Both the position numbers and the translations under genes were made by a program. A model generated the notes under the pieces. That model did not search any database. It was given only the letters and a program-made list of their open reading frames with translations, and was not told where the DNA came from. Shown here in pieces: positions 25,340 to 38,121 of a DNA stretch of 64,000 nucleotides (the stretch's first letter is position 1; the number at the start of each line of letters is the position of its first letter). Origin of the DNA: Octopus sinensis (lineage: Eukaryota); the NCBI RefSeq assembly GCF_006345805.1, contig NC_042997.1, forward strand, positions 210,800,001 through 210,864,000, written 5' to 3'.

Positions 25340-26700
25340 CAATCATCCCCTTCCACCCACCATATTTATAACAACCCCCAACACCTCGTATCGATTACCC
25401 GCTTCCACACATTATATCGATCACCCTCTTCATCACATCGTATCGATTCTCCATCTCCCACATTATGCGGATCATCCCTTCCTCACATTATATCAACCAC
25501 CCCTTCTTCACATTATGTCGATCACCCCTACCTCACATCGTATCGATCACACCTATCCCTTATATCGTATCGATCCCCTCCTCTCATGTTATACCGATCA
25601 CCACTTCCTCACATATCGATCACCCTAACCTCACATCGTATCGATCACACCTATCCCTTATATCGTATCGATCCCCTCCTCTCATGTTATACCGATCACC
25701 ACTTCCTCACATATCGATCACCCCTACATCACATCGTATAGATCACACCTATCCCTTATATCGTATCGATCCCCTCCTCTCAAGTTATACCGATCACCAT
25801 TTCCTCACATATCGATCACCCCTACATCACATCGTATCGATCACACCTATCCCTCATATCGTATCGATCTCCCTCCTCTCATGTTATACCGATCACCACT
25901 TCCTCACATATCGATCACCCCTAACCTCACATCGTATCGATCACACCTATCCCTTATATCGTATCGATCTCCCTCCTCTCATGTTATACCGATCACCACT
26001 TCCTCACATATCGATCACCCCAACTTTACATCGTATCTATCATACCTATCCTTCATACCGTATCGATCCCTCTTCTCTCATCACCCCTTCTTCACATATC
26101 GATTACCCCTCCTTCACATCGTATCGATCACCTTCCCTCACATTATATCGATCACATTACCCAAACATAGTATTGATCACCTCCTACCTTACATCAAAAC
26201 GATCATCCCCGCGCCTCACATCGTATCGAACACTCGTCCCTCACATTATATCGATCACCACTTCCTCATATAGCCTCAATCACCTATCCCTCACATCGTA
26301 CCGATCACTCCCTCCTTCACATTGTATCGATCATCATCTCCCTCATATAATCTCGACCACCTCTCTCTCACGTGGAATCGATCACTCCATCCTTCACATT
26401 ATATCGATCACCCCCTCCTGCATATGATCTCGATCACGTCTCCCTCGTATTATATCGATCACATCCTCCCACGCATCAAATCAATTTCATCCCCCTCACA
26501 TCCTATCGATTACCCCCCATCCCAAGCACATAACACTCTTCGACTGCCCCTTCCCACACACCATACTAACAATCAACTGCACAGAATAATTATATCGATC
26601 ACAATCAACACCCCACATAAATATAACGATCACACACCTCCCACTCATCATATCGAACACACAGAACTATATCGATTACACAAATATATCGATCTCATCT
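25340..26700. repeat. TATCGATCAC-core minisatellite with about 98 bp higher-order unit
   Basis: Units start at 25531 and 25629 and continue to about 26050; degenerate short subunits on both sides. Confidence 0.9.
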
Positions 26701-29083
26701 TCCCACACAATTCGTGATCTTGTATCAATATTAGTTATTGTTATTATTTTTGGGTGATGGTCGTGGCAGGGTGAGGTGGGTCGTCGTTGTCTTTTTGTGG
26801 TTTTCGTTACATGCTATTGTTGCTGCTATTGTTGTTGTTGTTGTTGTTGTTGTTTTGCCATGTGAGTAGATGACCATGAATGTGCAGATCCTTCACAGAC
26901 ACAATTCTTGGTGGCATTTATTATCATTGCCGTTTTGCGAGATTTGAGCGCAGCCCTTCGGTCCTTTCGGGGTGTCCAAGACAAGAGCAAGAAGATTATC
27001 TTCGTACCCCCACACTGACTCCAGTGTCTACGTCACGCTGGACCCCAACAAAAGACCCCCAAGGGGGCTAGGTCATTGTATAAAACCACTTAGCAACAAA
27101 CCGGACTCTGCTAGCAGTACCTTACTTCCACGGCTAGAATAGGATTTGCGGGGTTGAGGTGAACCGGAAGTATGGGGTCAGTGACGTCACGCGAATAAGC
27201 GATGGGCCTTGCCGGAAGGCGAAGAGCAAGGGAGGTCATTTGAACAGAAATATGACTAGCATGTGTTTTTTTTGCTTTGGGGTTGTCGCTCAGGCGGGCG
27301 CTGTGGCCACACGAGTTCAGGGAATTTTCCATTAGGTTCTGGCCAGTGGTTAGACGGGTAGGACTTCTATGGATGTATCCCGGCTGGGAAGGATCGACAT
27401 TACGGGAGGACTCGCGAAGCTTTGTTTCCCCATACCACAAGGTTTAGATGGGGACACATCCTAGACTTGCATACCTTCATAACCCAGTTTCAAACACTGC
27501 TGCATTCACTATTTCTTTTTATTCCTTTGAAGATCGATAAACATTCTGGATATCAATTATATTGATCACACTTATTGATGGCTTGCTATCTCTCGGTACT
27601 TTTATATAAACATTATAATGATAGCTGGTCAAAGATCTCGATACTCACGAGACGGACTTCGTTTAGGTTGGGCCTAAACAACAAAGGGAACACGTTTGAA
27701 AGAAGTCACTTCCATATTTTACGTCAAAAAAATTTATCATCAGATTATAATTGTAGATGAAAATTGGTGGAATTCAAGAGGTGGTGGGTATTCAGTCCCC
27801 CCCCCACCCGCTCCAAATAAGCAGGTGATGTGTTAAGCTGGGGAGGAGGGGGATTATGTTTTCCGCACAAGCAGACAACGACGAGACTTGAACTCCGAAC
27901 TCAAAGATTCGGAACAAGCATCTCTAAACGTCTCTCTGGCGCTCTATCGATTCCGTCAGCCTGTAGCACTAGAAATGGACTTTATTTATCGACCGAAGAA
28001 GAATGAAACTCAAAGTTAAATATTGTTCGTACAACTTAGCTTCGTTCCTCCATGATTTTCCACTGTTATTTCCCATCCACATGTGGTGCCCAGTGTCATA
28101 AATTCTTAGTCTATACACATGTCTTGTCCACTACACGCGTCGCTTAGTGATTACCGTGCTGGATTTATGATCACAAGATTGTGGTTTCGATACTTGGACT
28201 GGGTGACGTGTTGTATTCTTGAACAAAACGCTTCATTTCACGTTACCCCCGTCCAATCATACGGCGTCCCGTACAGCGATTGGGAACATATGCGCCACGG
28301 AAACCGGGAAACCAGCCCTATGAGTCACATGACTCAGGAAGGATCATTACCACACAACCCCAACACACACGCAGTCCCCAAACACACAGAGACCCCATCC
28401 ATACAGAGCCTTACTTACACATGGCCCTTCTCCATACGCCGTCCTCAATCATAGACATATCTCAACCAAACACGCCACCCTGCCAAACTTGAGAAAACAT
28501 CCAACGATGTAAATACTCTATCAATACCAAAAAGACAGTCGTTTGGCATTTCGAACCAAAATCTTCCATTACAGACCTTTATTTCCCTCTAAAATCGTCA
28601 ACAACTACAAAAACTAGACAAATAATTCTCTGGAAATCTCAGGAAGCGCAGACGTGGCTGTGTGGCGAGAAGTTGGCTTCCCAACCATATGGTTCTAGGC
28701 GTAGTCCCACTGCGTGTCTTAAAATATAACCTTGGGGCCGATCAAAGCATTGTGAGTGGATTTTGTAGATAGAAACTCAAAGAAGCCCGTCGTGTATATA
28801 TGCAAATACACACAGACACACATACACGCAAGCACATATTTGCAAAACAAGGTGGGAGGGATAGTACTCGAATACCAAAGGCAGAGCAATATAGTGTTTT
28901 ATTAAAGCTGAAAGGAATCTTCACAAACTGTTACTCAGTTTCCCGTGACCGTTCATCAAACAGTTGTGATAATACTCATGCACGCATACACACACTTACA
29001 TATATATGTATACATACACACGCATACATATGTGTACACACACACCTACACAGATGCACGCTTATATATGTAGGACACGTACG

Positions 29084-29121
<38 letters not shown>

Positions 29122-29191
29122 CATACATACATACAATATATATACATACATACATACATACATACATACATACATACATACATACACACAC

Positions 29192-29249
<58 letters not shown>

Positions 29250-29250
29250 A

Positions 29251-29420
29251 TCCTTGTTTCTCTCCTTGTTTGTTTTCTGTGTCCCTTTCTGTAGAAGAGC
29301 GTAGGCTCGAAACGTAAAAGACTTTTTTATTCCTGAGCGTTATACTAATACATCTGTTTGTTTTGTACACCACCTGTCTTCGTCTTTTGTTTTGTTTTTT
29401 TTCGTAAAGTGTCCCTATAT
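29251..29420 (+). mobile_element. Short (TA)n-embedded element with hammerhead-like core
   Basis: CTTT-CTGTAGA-A-GAGC-GTAG-GCTC-GAAAC-GTA-AAAG at 29285-29320; two other copies in the window. Confidence 0.65.
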
Positions 29421-30715
29421 ATATATATATACATTATATATATATAAATGTAAGATCAAAGAATCAAGGTGTAGGAAGAAAGTCAGCTTCAAGCAATCCG
29501 TAATAGATATAAAAGCAACTTTCGGGGACAGTAGCGGTTTATTAAGACGGAGGGTGGCGTATCGAAGTACGATAAACTGAAAGAAAGTTCTTTTTATATT
29601 ACACGCGACAAGGGTTGATTCAGCCAAAACAGCCCCATTGAATACTACCGGACAAATGACCTTATTTATATTCCTCACTCCTCTCACTTCTTGTGTTTTT
29701 TTCTTTTCTTCTTCTTTCTCTCCCCATTTATGTTCTCCTCTCCTTCTGTGCTCTCTATTCATTCTGACTGAGTCTTCCATGTGTTAACGTGTACCTCCTT
29801 ATTACAATGTAAACATTTATTTAATCAAGATACCCTCAGCCTGATGAGTAGGCTGCAGTATACACCTCGCTTGGAGATTTACCACTTCTGATATTCTGCT
29901 TGGTATGAGACATACGTAGCCCGGATCTTATCTACACCATTCCGCAGCTCTGTATACATACATAATACATACATACATACATACATACATACATACATAC
30001 ATACATACATACATACATACATACATACATACATACAACATATATATATATATATATATATTACGTTTAAAATTCAGTTATATTATTTTCATCGACAAGC
30101 TAAGTAACGTTCTTTATTTAACAATATTATTTAACTTTTGAATTGTATTAAGTTTGATTATTATTATTATTATTGTTATTATTATTGTTGTTTTGTTGTT
30201 AAAATATTAATTTTATATATAATTTCTTGATAATTATTAGTTGTGATATGTATATCTATTTATTATGCTTTATTATTATTTTTATAATGTGCTTTAACGT
30301 ATTACATATAATTTAATTTGAGAATTAGTTTTGTAAGACAATATATTATTTAATAGTTAGGTGGTATATTTATTACGTAGTATTACATTTAAGAAAATTA
30401 GTTTAATATTAATTGATATTTTGGTCAACTATATTATTGAGTAAAATATTAAATCTATAGATACTACATATATATTAATAATATAGTTAGTTTATATAAT
30501 AGGTGTGTATATATTTGAACCATTTCCTATTTTTAATTCCAATATTTATAGCTTCTATTAACATTATGTATATTAATTAACATTAAGGTTTTTAATATAA
30601 ATTAATGAGTATAAGATTTTATTTAGATGTTTATTAAATAAATTAATTAATTAATTTATAATTTAATTTAATGTATATAGATTAAATCATAGTATTTAGT
30701 TTTCACTTAATGTAT

Positions 30716-32780
30716 AAAACTTAGATAAAACTTAGATATGTTTCGACCAGAGATTGGTCCAGGCCATGTCTAACTTAATAGCACCACCTGATAGGATATA
30801 TTCGAATCCTGTTTAAGTCAAGTTTTGTTCAAGTAGTGAGTTCTTGTTGGGTGAGTTGTATCCAGTTTTGTTCAGTAGTGAGTTCTTGTGGGGTGAGTTG
30901 TATCCAATTATGGGTGGCTTGTCTGGTATTCTTTGAAGGAAATCTCCAGACACTGTTTGAAGTTGATGGGATCCTTTTCCTCTTTGATCTCCCTCGGGAC
31001 AATGTTAAATAGGGCAGGGCCTGTTGAGGAAAAGAAATTATGTTGCAGTGTACATGTATGTTGTGATCTTGAATTTGGCAGGGGACGTATAGCCCGTGGT
31101 CCAAGTCTCGGATGAACCTTGAAGCTAATGTTAGGTCGTTTGGGCAAAGTTGGCGGTATATTTTCCACATCGTACAAATGATGTACCGCTCACGGCGACG
31201 CTGGAGGGAGTAAAGTTTCAAGGCTTTAAGCGATCCCAATAGTCGAGAGCAGCCATGCCTTCAATTTGTTTAGTGAGAGCCCTCTGGGGTGACTCAATTC
31301 TGGAGATGTTTTGTCTTGTGTGAGGAGACCACAGTGGGCAGCAGTATTCAAGGTGTGCCGTACAAAGGATGAAAAAAGTGGTATGATGACACCTTGTTCT
31401 CTGGACCGGAAAGTTCTTAAGATCCAGGAACTCATCCTACGAGCTGTATCGACCTTCTTATTGATGTGTGCGCTCCAACTGAGATCGTCATCAACATTAC
31501 ACCCAGGTCTCTGATATTGTTAGAGGCTGTGAGCGGTTCCCCTGAAGGAAGAGAGTATGGTTGCTTTAGTGAGGAATTTCTTCCAAAATGCATCAGCTCA
31601 AATTTTCCCTCATTCAGTTGCATTTTGTTTCTGTCTGCCCATTGACTCACAACAGCATATAGGTCAGACTGGAGTTGAGTTCGGTCTGCTTCTTCATGAC
31701 GATTTGCTGGAGCTTAGTGTCATCAGCGAATATTTTCACTTTGGCAGTGATGTACGACACTGGAAAGGTCGTTTACATAAATTATGAAGAGTAGCGGACC
31801 CAAAACAGTTCCCTGGGAACACCGCTGGTGACTTTTGCTGGGTTGAGGGGACTCCATCAACTACAACATGTTGTGTTCTATTCTCTAGGAAATACTGAAT
31901 CCAGTGTAGAACTTTTCCACGGATTCCAACATTTGCCAATTTTGAGAGTAGGATGTTATGGTCTACCCTGTCGAACGCTTTACTGAAGTCAAGGTATATG
32001 ACGTCAGAGTTCGAACCTGTTCCCAAGGCTTTGAGTACATCTTCAATGTGGTGTAAGAGCTGTGTTAGACAGTCCCTGCCACAGCGAAAAAGCCATTTGA
32101 TTTGAATTTAGGAGTTTGTGGGTCTCCAGGAAGTCAGCTATCCTTGATCTTAACACTCTTTCAAACACTTTAATGATGTGGGAGGTGAGTGAGATTGGGC
32201 GATAGTTGACTGCGAGGGATCTGTTTCCCTGTTTGAAAACCGGGATGACCGACTGGGATAGAAACTTTTTCGGTATATAACCTGCGTCTAACGAGTTTCT
32301 CCAGAGGTTGATCAGAGGGACTGCAAGTTGAATATCTACATTCCTTCAGGAGACTGGCGGGAAATCTATCAGGCCTACAGCGGAGTAATGTTTGACCTCA
32401 TTTATTGCTGCTACGATGTCGGTGGCAGTGAAGGTTATGTCTGCGATTTGTGTTGGGAGTCAGCTTCGTTCGTTTCCCTCACAATAATATCAGTGGAACA
32501 CTGAAGACAGAGCAAATATTGTTTCTGCAGTATTTCTGCCATTTCTTTAGCATCGTGTTGGGGAATGCCGTTTTCATCAATCAATGGCCCAATAGGTGAG
32601 ACAGTGGTTCTATGCTTATTTGCATAAGATATAGAACACTTTTGGTTCTGTTTGATGTTTTTGATTACCCATTGTTCCTCCACAGCCTTTGGTTGATTTT
32701 CAATGGAGGTTTTCATGTTAGTCTGCAGATGAAGTTTTTCCAGCTCTAGTCTTTTCATTATTGTTGAATGTGGATGTTGC
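30716..32780 (-). mobile_element. CR1-like LINE, 5'-truncated, decayed
   Basis: DVIYLDFSKAFDRVDH, QWADRNKMQLNEGKF, NYRPISLT; 3' stem-loop GACCA-ATCTC-TGGTC and (ATCTAAGTTTT)2 tail. Confidence 0.88.
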
Positions 32781-33032
32781 GCGTGTGGGAATATTTTAAT
32801 TGGTTGATTTTTTTGTTGAGTCTTTTGATGCGCCTGATGAGTGTTTTTTTCTTTTTAGGGAGCCGGTTTCTGTTTGTGTTAGTATATTTTGTATCTTTTT
32901 TAATTAATTTTATCTTATTTTAATTAATTGTATCTTATTTTTTAAATAAGAATATATTTAAGATATTTCGTATTTTACAAGATTATTTACGTATATTTAT
33001 TAATTTATCTAATTAATTATTGTTGTTATCTT

Positions 33033-33139
33033 TAACCTGAAGAGTGGCTATATTTATATTGAAGTGATTTTACTACTACTGCTACTATTATTTTTACTAT
33101 TATCATTTCTAAGATATAGCCACGAAACACGTGTCGTTA
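33033..33139 (+). ncRNA. Type I hammerhead ribozyme in an AT-rich solo pLTR-like element (about 32820-33260)
   Basis: TAAC-CTGAAGA-GTGGCTATAT...ATATAGCCAC-GAAAC-ACGT-GTC-GTTA; 10 bp perfect stem II. Confidence 0.8.
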
Positions 33140-33256
33140 TTCTACCAAATATATACGTTTTATTTATTATTTTGCGCATTACTTAATCATCGTTATATGC
33201 TTTATCTTATATTTTAATTTTTCATCATTAAATTGATAAAAGGTGCTTTTTTTCTA

Positions 33257-33338
<82 letters not shown>

Positions 33339-33340
33339 CT

Positions 33341-33441
33341 TTATTTAAAAACACAGCAGAAAATAACAAAAGCTGTTACTCAGATTTTCACGTGAAACTC
33401 TGAGTAACAGCTTTTGTTATATTTCTGCTGCTTTTAAATAA
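33341..33441. repeat. 101 bp near-perfect palindrome centred on CACGTG
   Basis: ATAACAAAAGCTGTTACTCAGA / TCTGAGTAACAGCTTTTGTTAT arms. Confidence 0.9.
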
Positions 33442-33673
33442 GGCATATCACTCTACCTCTGGTATTTGAGTACTCTTTTTTCCACCTTGTTTCACATTTA
33501 TATATGTTTCACATTTATATATATATCCTTTAAGTTCGTTTACGGGGTACGTTTTTGAGTATGAAAATAAAAGGTCCCATTTCATTATGCCAGCCACAGC
33601 CTAATGAAACCATCTTGCAATAGCAGTTTTGTAGGGTTGTACCGAGCTGTACCGACATAATGTAGGGTAAATA

Positions 33674-33726
<53 letters not shown>

Positions 33727-33800
33727 ACAATAATAATAATGATAATAATAATAATAATAACGATAATAATAATAATAATAATAATAATATAATAATAACG

Positions 33801-33880
<80 letters not shown>

Positions 33881-33881
<1 letters not shown>

Positions 33882-34087
33882 TTCAGACAAATAACAAAAA
33901 CAACACCAGGACTTACAAACACATATAACATACAGAAATTGCACTACTAGGCACTGCCCACATCCTACGCAGAACACTTTCAATACAGTAACCATCAGAG
34001 CATCACAACAAATCACAGCACATATCCAAGGCACACAGAGCTGCGCTCGGTAGTGAAGTGAAAGTACGCTATAAAAATAAAACTACA

Positions 34088-34088
<1 letters not shown>
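33881..34088 (+). mobile_element. R4/Dong-like 3' end fragment
   Basis: Matches 4080-4290; AAT on both sides. Confidence 0.9.
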
Positions 34089-34122
<34 letters not shown>

Positions 34123-34141
34123 TAATAATAATAATAATAAT

Positions 34142-34380
34142 AAGGCGGTTACAATACCAGTGACCGTAGGAGCACTAGGAATGATCAAGAAGGGAACCGA
34201 AAATTATATGAGAATGATCCCTGACTTACCATCCCTGCAAGAAGTGTAAAAAATTGTCTTAACTGGTACATCACACGTATTGTGAAGAGCATTGTCGATG
34301 TGAGAACTGTTGCTGCTCATGTATTTTAATTTAACTTAAAAAAAAAAAATTTTTTTAAATGAACGAACTACTGAGTTTGG
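34142..34380 (+). mobile_element. REL LINE 3' fragment, other subfamily
   Basis: TIPVTVGALGMIKKGTENY...KIVLTGTSHVL. Confidence 0.7.
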
Positions 34381-34484
34381 TTTAATGGCCTACCAATGTA
34401 TACTATGAGTTTCTTTGCCCTAGGAGTCGGGAAGACACTCGGCAAGAAATGGAAGCAAATTTGAAAGAAGAAAAAAAAGTAATA

Positions 34485-34522
<38 letters not shown>

Positions 34523-34525
<3 letters not shown>

Positions 34526-34960
34526 CACAGGTAGAGAAATTAAGGCCAACAGACCAGATATAGTTGTCAGAGATCATGAAGAAAAAAATGCTTTGTAATT
34601 GATGTATCAATACCGGCAGATGACAACGTGTCTCTAAAAGAAATGGAGAAACTCTCAAAATACAAAGACTTGGAAATAGAGGTAACTAGAATGTGGAACC
34701 TGAAAACAGAAACAATTCCTATCATAGTAGGTGCATTAGGCATGATAAAAAAATATTCAGACAAATACATAACAAAACCACCAGGACTTACAAACACATA
34801 TAACATACAGAAATTGCACTACTAGGCACTGCACACATCCTACGCAGAACACTTTCCATACAATAACCATCAGAGCATCACAACAAATCACAGCACATAC
34901 CCAAGGCACACAGAGCTGCGCTCGGTAGTGAAGTGAAAGCACGCTATAAAAATAAAACTA

Positions 34961-34963
<3 letters not shown>
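34523..34963 (+). mobile_element. R4/Dong-like 3' end fragment
   Basis: Near-identical to about 3850-4290; AAT flanks. Confidence 0.92.
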
Positions 34964-34989
<26 letters not shown>

Positions 34990-34997
<8 letters not shown>

Positions 34998-35435
34998 TAA
35001 TAATGGACGAAAAGAGCAAGGCAGACAAAATGTTAGGAGGGACAAACACGAGTGCCTAATAATTGATGTGGCAGTGCCAGGAGATCAACATATCCTCATC
35101 TCGAAAGAAAGAGAGAAGGTTGATTAATATGGAGAGCTGAGAGTTGCGATCGCTAAGATGTGGCAGGTACGAGAGTCGAACATAAATCTTATTCCTCTTG
35201 TAATCGGAACATTGGTTTCAATACCACCCAATCTGAAAAAAAACATCTGAAAACCATAGACATACCCTACGATCTAGGTGTATTGCAGAAGTCGGCATTA
35301 CTTGGAATTGGATGCATATTGTGTAGAGTACTGTCTGTTTGAGGTCCTTGTTGTCACTTGACAAACAGTACAAACCCCTGGTAGACATGATATCTTTAAT
35401 CAACAACCTCACGATATTGTATACTGTGCGACGTC
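34990..35435 (+). mobile_element. REL LINE 3' fragment, diverged subfamily
   Basis: CLIIDVAVPGD...LQKSALLG; followed by (AAT)n. Confidence 0.65.
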
Positions 35436-35438
35436 TAA

Positions 35439-35489
<51 letters not shown>

Positions 35490-35579
35490 TAATAATAATG
35501 ATAATAATAATAACGATAATAATAATAATAATAATAATCATAATAATAATAATATAATAATAATAATAATAACAATAAC

Positions 35580-35647
<68 letters not shown>

Positions 35648-35673
35648 CATATAATAATGATAATAAAATAATA

Positions 35674-35704
<31 letters not shown>

Positions 35705-35717
35705 TAATAACAATAAC

Positions 35718-35762
<45 letters not shown>

Positions 35763-35813
35763 TAATAATAATAATAATAATAATCATAATAATAATGATA
35801 ATATAATAATATA

Positions 35814-35852
<39 letters not shown>

Positions 35853-36071
35853 TACAATAATAATAATATATATAATATATATAATAATAATATAATAATA
35901 ATATATAATAATAATAATAATATCATAATAATAATGAATATAATAATAATAATAATAATGATAATAATAATAACGATAATAATAACAACAACAACAACAA
36001 CAATAATAATAATATAACGATAATAATAATAACACAACAACAACAATAATAATAATAATAATAATTATTAT

Positions 36072-36119
<48 letters not shown>
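35439..36119. repeat. (AAT)n array
   Basis: Directly visible. Confidence 0.97.
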
Positions 36120-36600
36120 CCATGGATGGAATATATAAATATTTTAACGCATCGTTACGTGCGTTTACACAAATCACGTGTTTTTTCCGATCATACACCG
36201 TATTCCTGGGATGGTTACAGTACGCTCCATAGTATCCATGGACATCGTGTGAATCATAATTCATTTCATCAGGTGACATGGCACCAACGTTGATGATCTT
36301 TTCCTCACCTTCTTGTCTTCCTTACCAAATACACACAGAACTGCACACATACCCCGATCATTTTTTTTTGATTGGTGAAAATTGATAAACATCCTTTAGT
36401 TATACATTCGTTGCTTCCAACGTTAGTGCTATATCGCCTAAGGAAATGAACACATGAACTGTGATCCACCAGATGCCCATGGATTCTACGGACTGAGCAG
36501 TAATCATCACAAGAATACGGACTATGATCGTAAGAAACATGTGACTTTTAGAAACGCGCGTAGCGAACAATTGAAATATCAAAGAATTCCATCCATGGAT
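36120..36600. mobile_element. Fold-back element with about 180 bp diverged inverted arms
   Basis: Termini CCATGGATGGAAT / ATTCCATCCATGG; arms align with roughly 25-30% substitutions by eye. Confidence 0.7.
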
Positions 36601-36605
36601 TATTA

Positions 36606-36641
<36 letters not shown>

Positions 36642-36661
36642 ATATATATGTGTGTATATAT

Positions 36662-36872
36662 AACGGGAAGCTTTATGAAAATAAACAAAAGACGAAGGCA
36701 GGTGGAATACAAACAAACAATTGTATTAGTATGGCGCTCAGGAATATAAATAAAACAAGTCTTTTACGTTTCGAGCCTACGCTCTTCGACAGAAAGATAC
36801 ACAGAAAAGAAACACAGAAAGAAACGAGGAGAGAAAAAAATGCGTGCAGAAGCTAGCGATTCAACATGGCGA
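36662..36872 (-). mobile_element. Short (TA)n-embedded element with hammerhead-like core
   Basis: Third copy; core CTGTCGA-A-GAGC-GTAG-GCTC-GAAAC-GTA on the minus strand at 36761-36796. Confidence 0.65.
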
Positions 36873-37335
36873 TATATATATATATAAGCGTGAGTGTCAT
36901 TGTGTATGAGGTTGACAACCGCTGTTGGTGTGCTGACATCCCTGTAACTTAACAGTTTGGTAAATAGAGGTCGATAGAATAAGCACTGGGCTAAAAGAAA
37001 ATAAGCTAACACATTCACCTAAAAATATCCTTCAAGTAGGTGCCTCAGCATGGCCGCAGTCTAATGGCTGAAACAAGTAAAATAATAAAAGAATTCTGAA
37101 ACTGGGTAACTATAATAGGCTCATAGGTGCACAGGCACAAGACGAACCCCAGACACACAGACACACGCACGCATTCTGCACTATATTCAATTTCGCTGGC
37201 CCTCGCTAAACCTGATCACCAGCAATAATGTGATCTTATAATTTCTTACCAAAAGATGTCGTTTCTTTGTTTCTGTTACCGTCATTTGTCTGTTAGTCTG
37301 TCTGTTTGTAGGCCTCTCTTTCTAACCTAGCGCTC

Positions 37336-37336
<1 letters not shown>

Positions 37337-37411
<75 letters not shown>
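37337..37411. repeat. (TATC)n microsatellite
   Basis: Directly visible. Confidence 0.97.
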
Positions 37412-37412
<1 letters not shown>

Positions 37413-37844
37413 AAGGATGGCACGTATGAATGACGAAGCCACCTTGACTATGATTCTATGAACCGTAAAAATTAATACAGAGAGTTGCTTATTTGCAAAA
37501 AAAAAGAAGAAATATAACATGTGACTTCATTGACCGAGGTTACCGTGGTCTTTTCCGTAGGCTTTTCTTTCCACGGGTAAACCTCACCTGTCCTCCCCTT
37601 TACACTTCATATTGACATTTCTGTGATAACGATCCCTATTGATCATTTTTTTCCTTTCCCTTTTTTTTCCTCGCCTCCCCTTTTTTTATTTTATTTTATC
37701 CCCCCCCTTTTTTTGTCCTCTTTCTTTCCATTTACGACCCCTTTTGATCGAAAACCAAACCCCCTTCTTTTACCCCTAAAAGAAAAGCTCTACCTTGTAA
37801 TTTTGTCTTGTCTGTGTGCAGCCCTGTGTGGCTAATAAAGAAAC
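37413..37844 (+). mobile_element. Tx1-like LINE 3' fragment
   Basis: Encodes RMARMNDEATLTMIL*, matching the end of ORF2 at 38566; 3' UTR is the reverse complement of 38170-38565. Confidence 0.9.
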
Positions 37845-38082
37845 ATATCTATCTGCCTATATGTCTGTCTATATATATAATAATATAATAATAATTTGAG
37901 GGAATATATTATATATAATATATAATATATATATATATATATTATATCCTCGAACACACACGCATACGCATGTTAATCTTAATAATATAAATACGAGAAG
38001 TGTTGGCCAGAATTCCTGATTAGCAGCGATAACGTTTGCCAACATTCCAAACAATTTTGGGTGTAAGATGAGTGTAAGAAAG

Positions 38083-38121
<39 letters not shown>

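Noticed and set aside
25465-26427. 320 aa His/Ser/Pro-rich ORF
   Set aside because: By-product of the minisatellite; several frames are open.
30738-30775. Minus-strand GACCA-loop-TGGTC-GAAAC resembling a hammerhead
   Set aside because: No CUGANGA core; it is the CR1 3' terminal stem-loop just before the tandem tail.
36120-36600. Peptide similarity between the two arm ORFs suggesting coding paralogues
   Set aside because: Hand count of differences was about 10/16/17 at codon positions 1/2/3, so no synonymous bias; one arm also has an 8 nt insertion.
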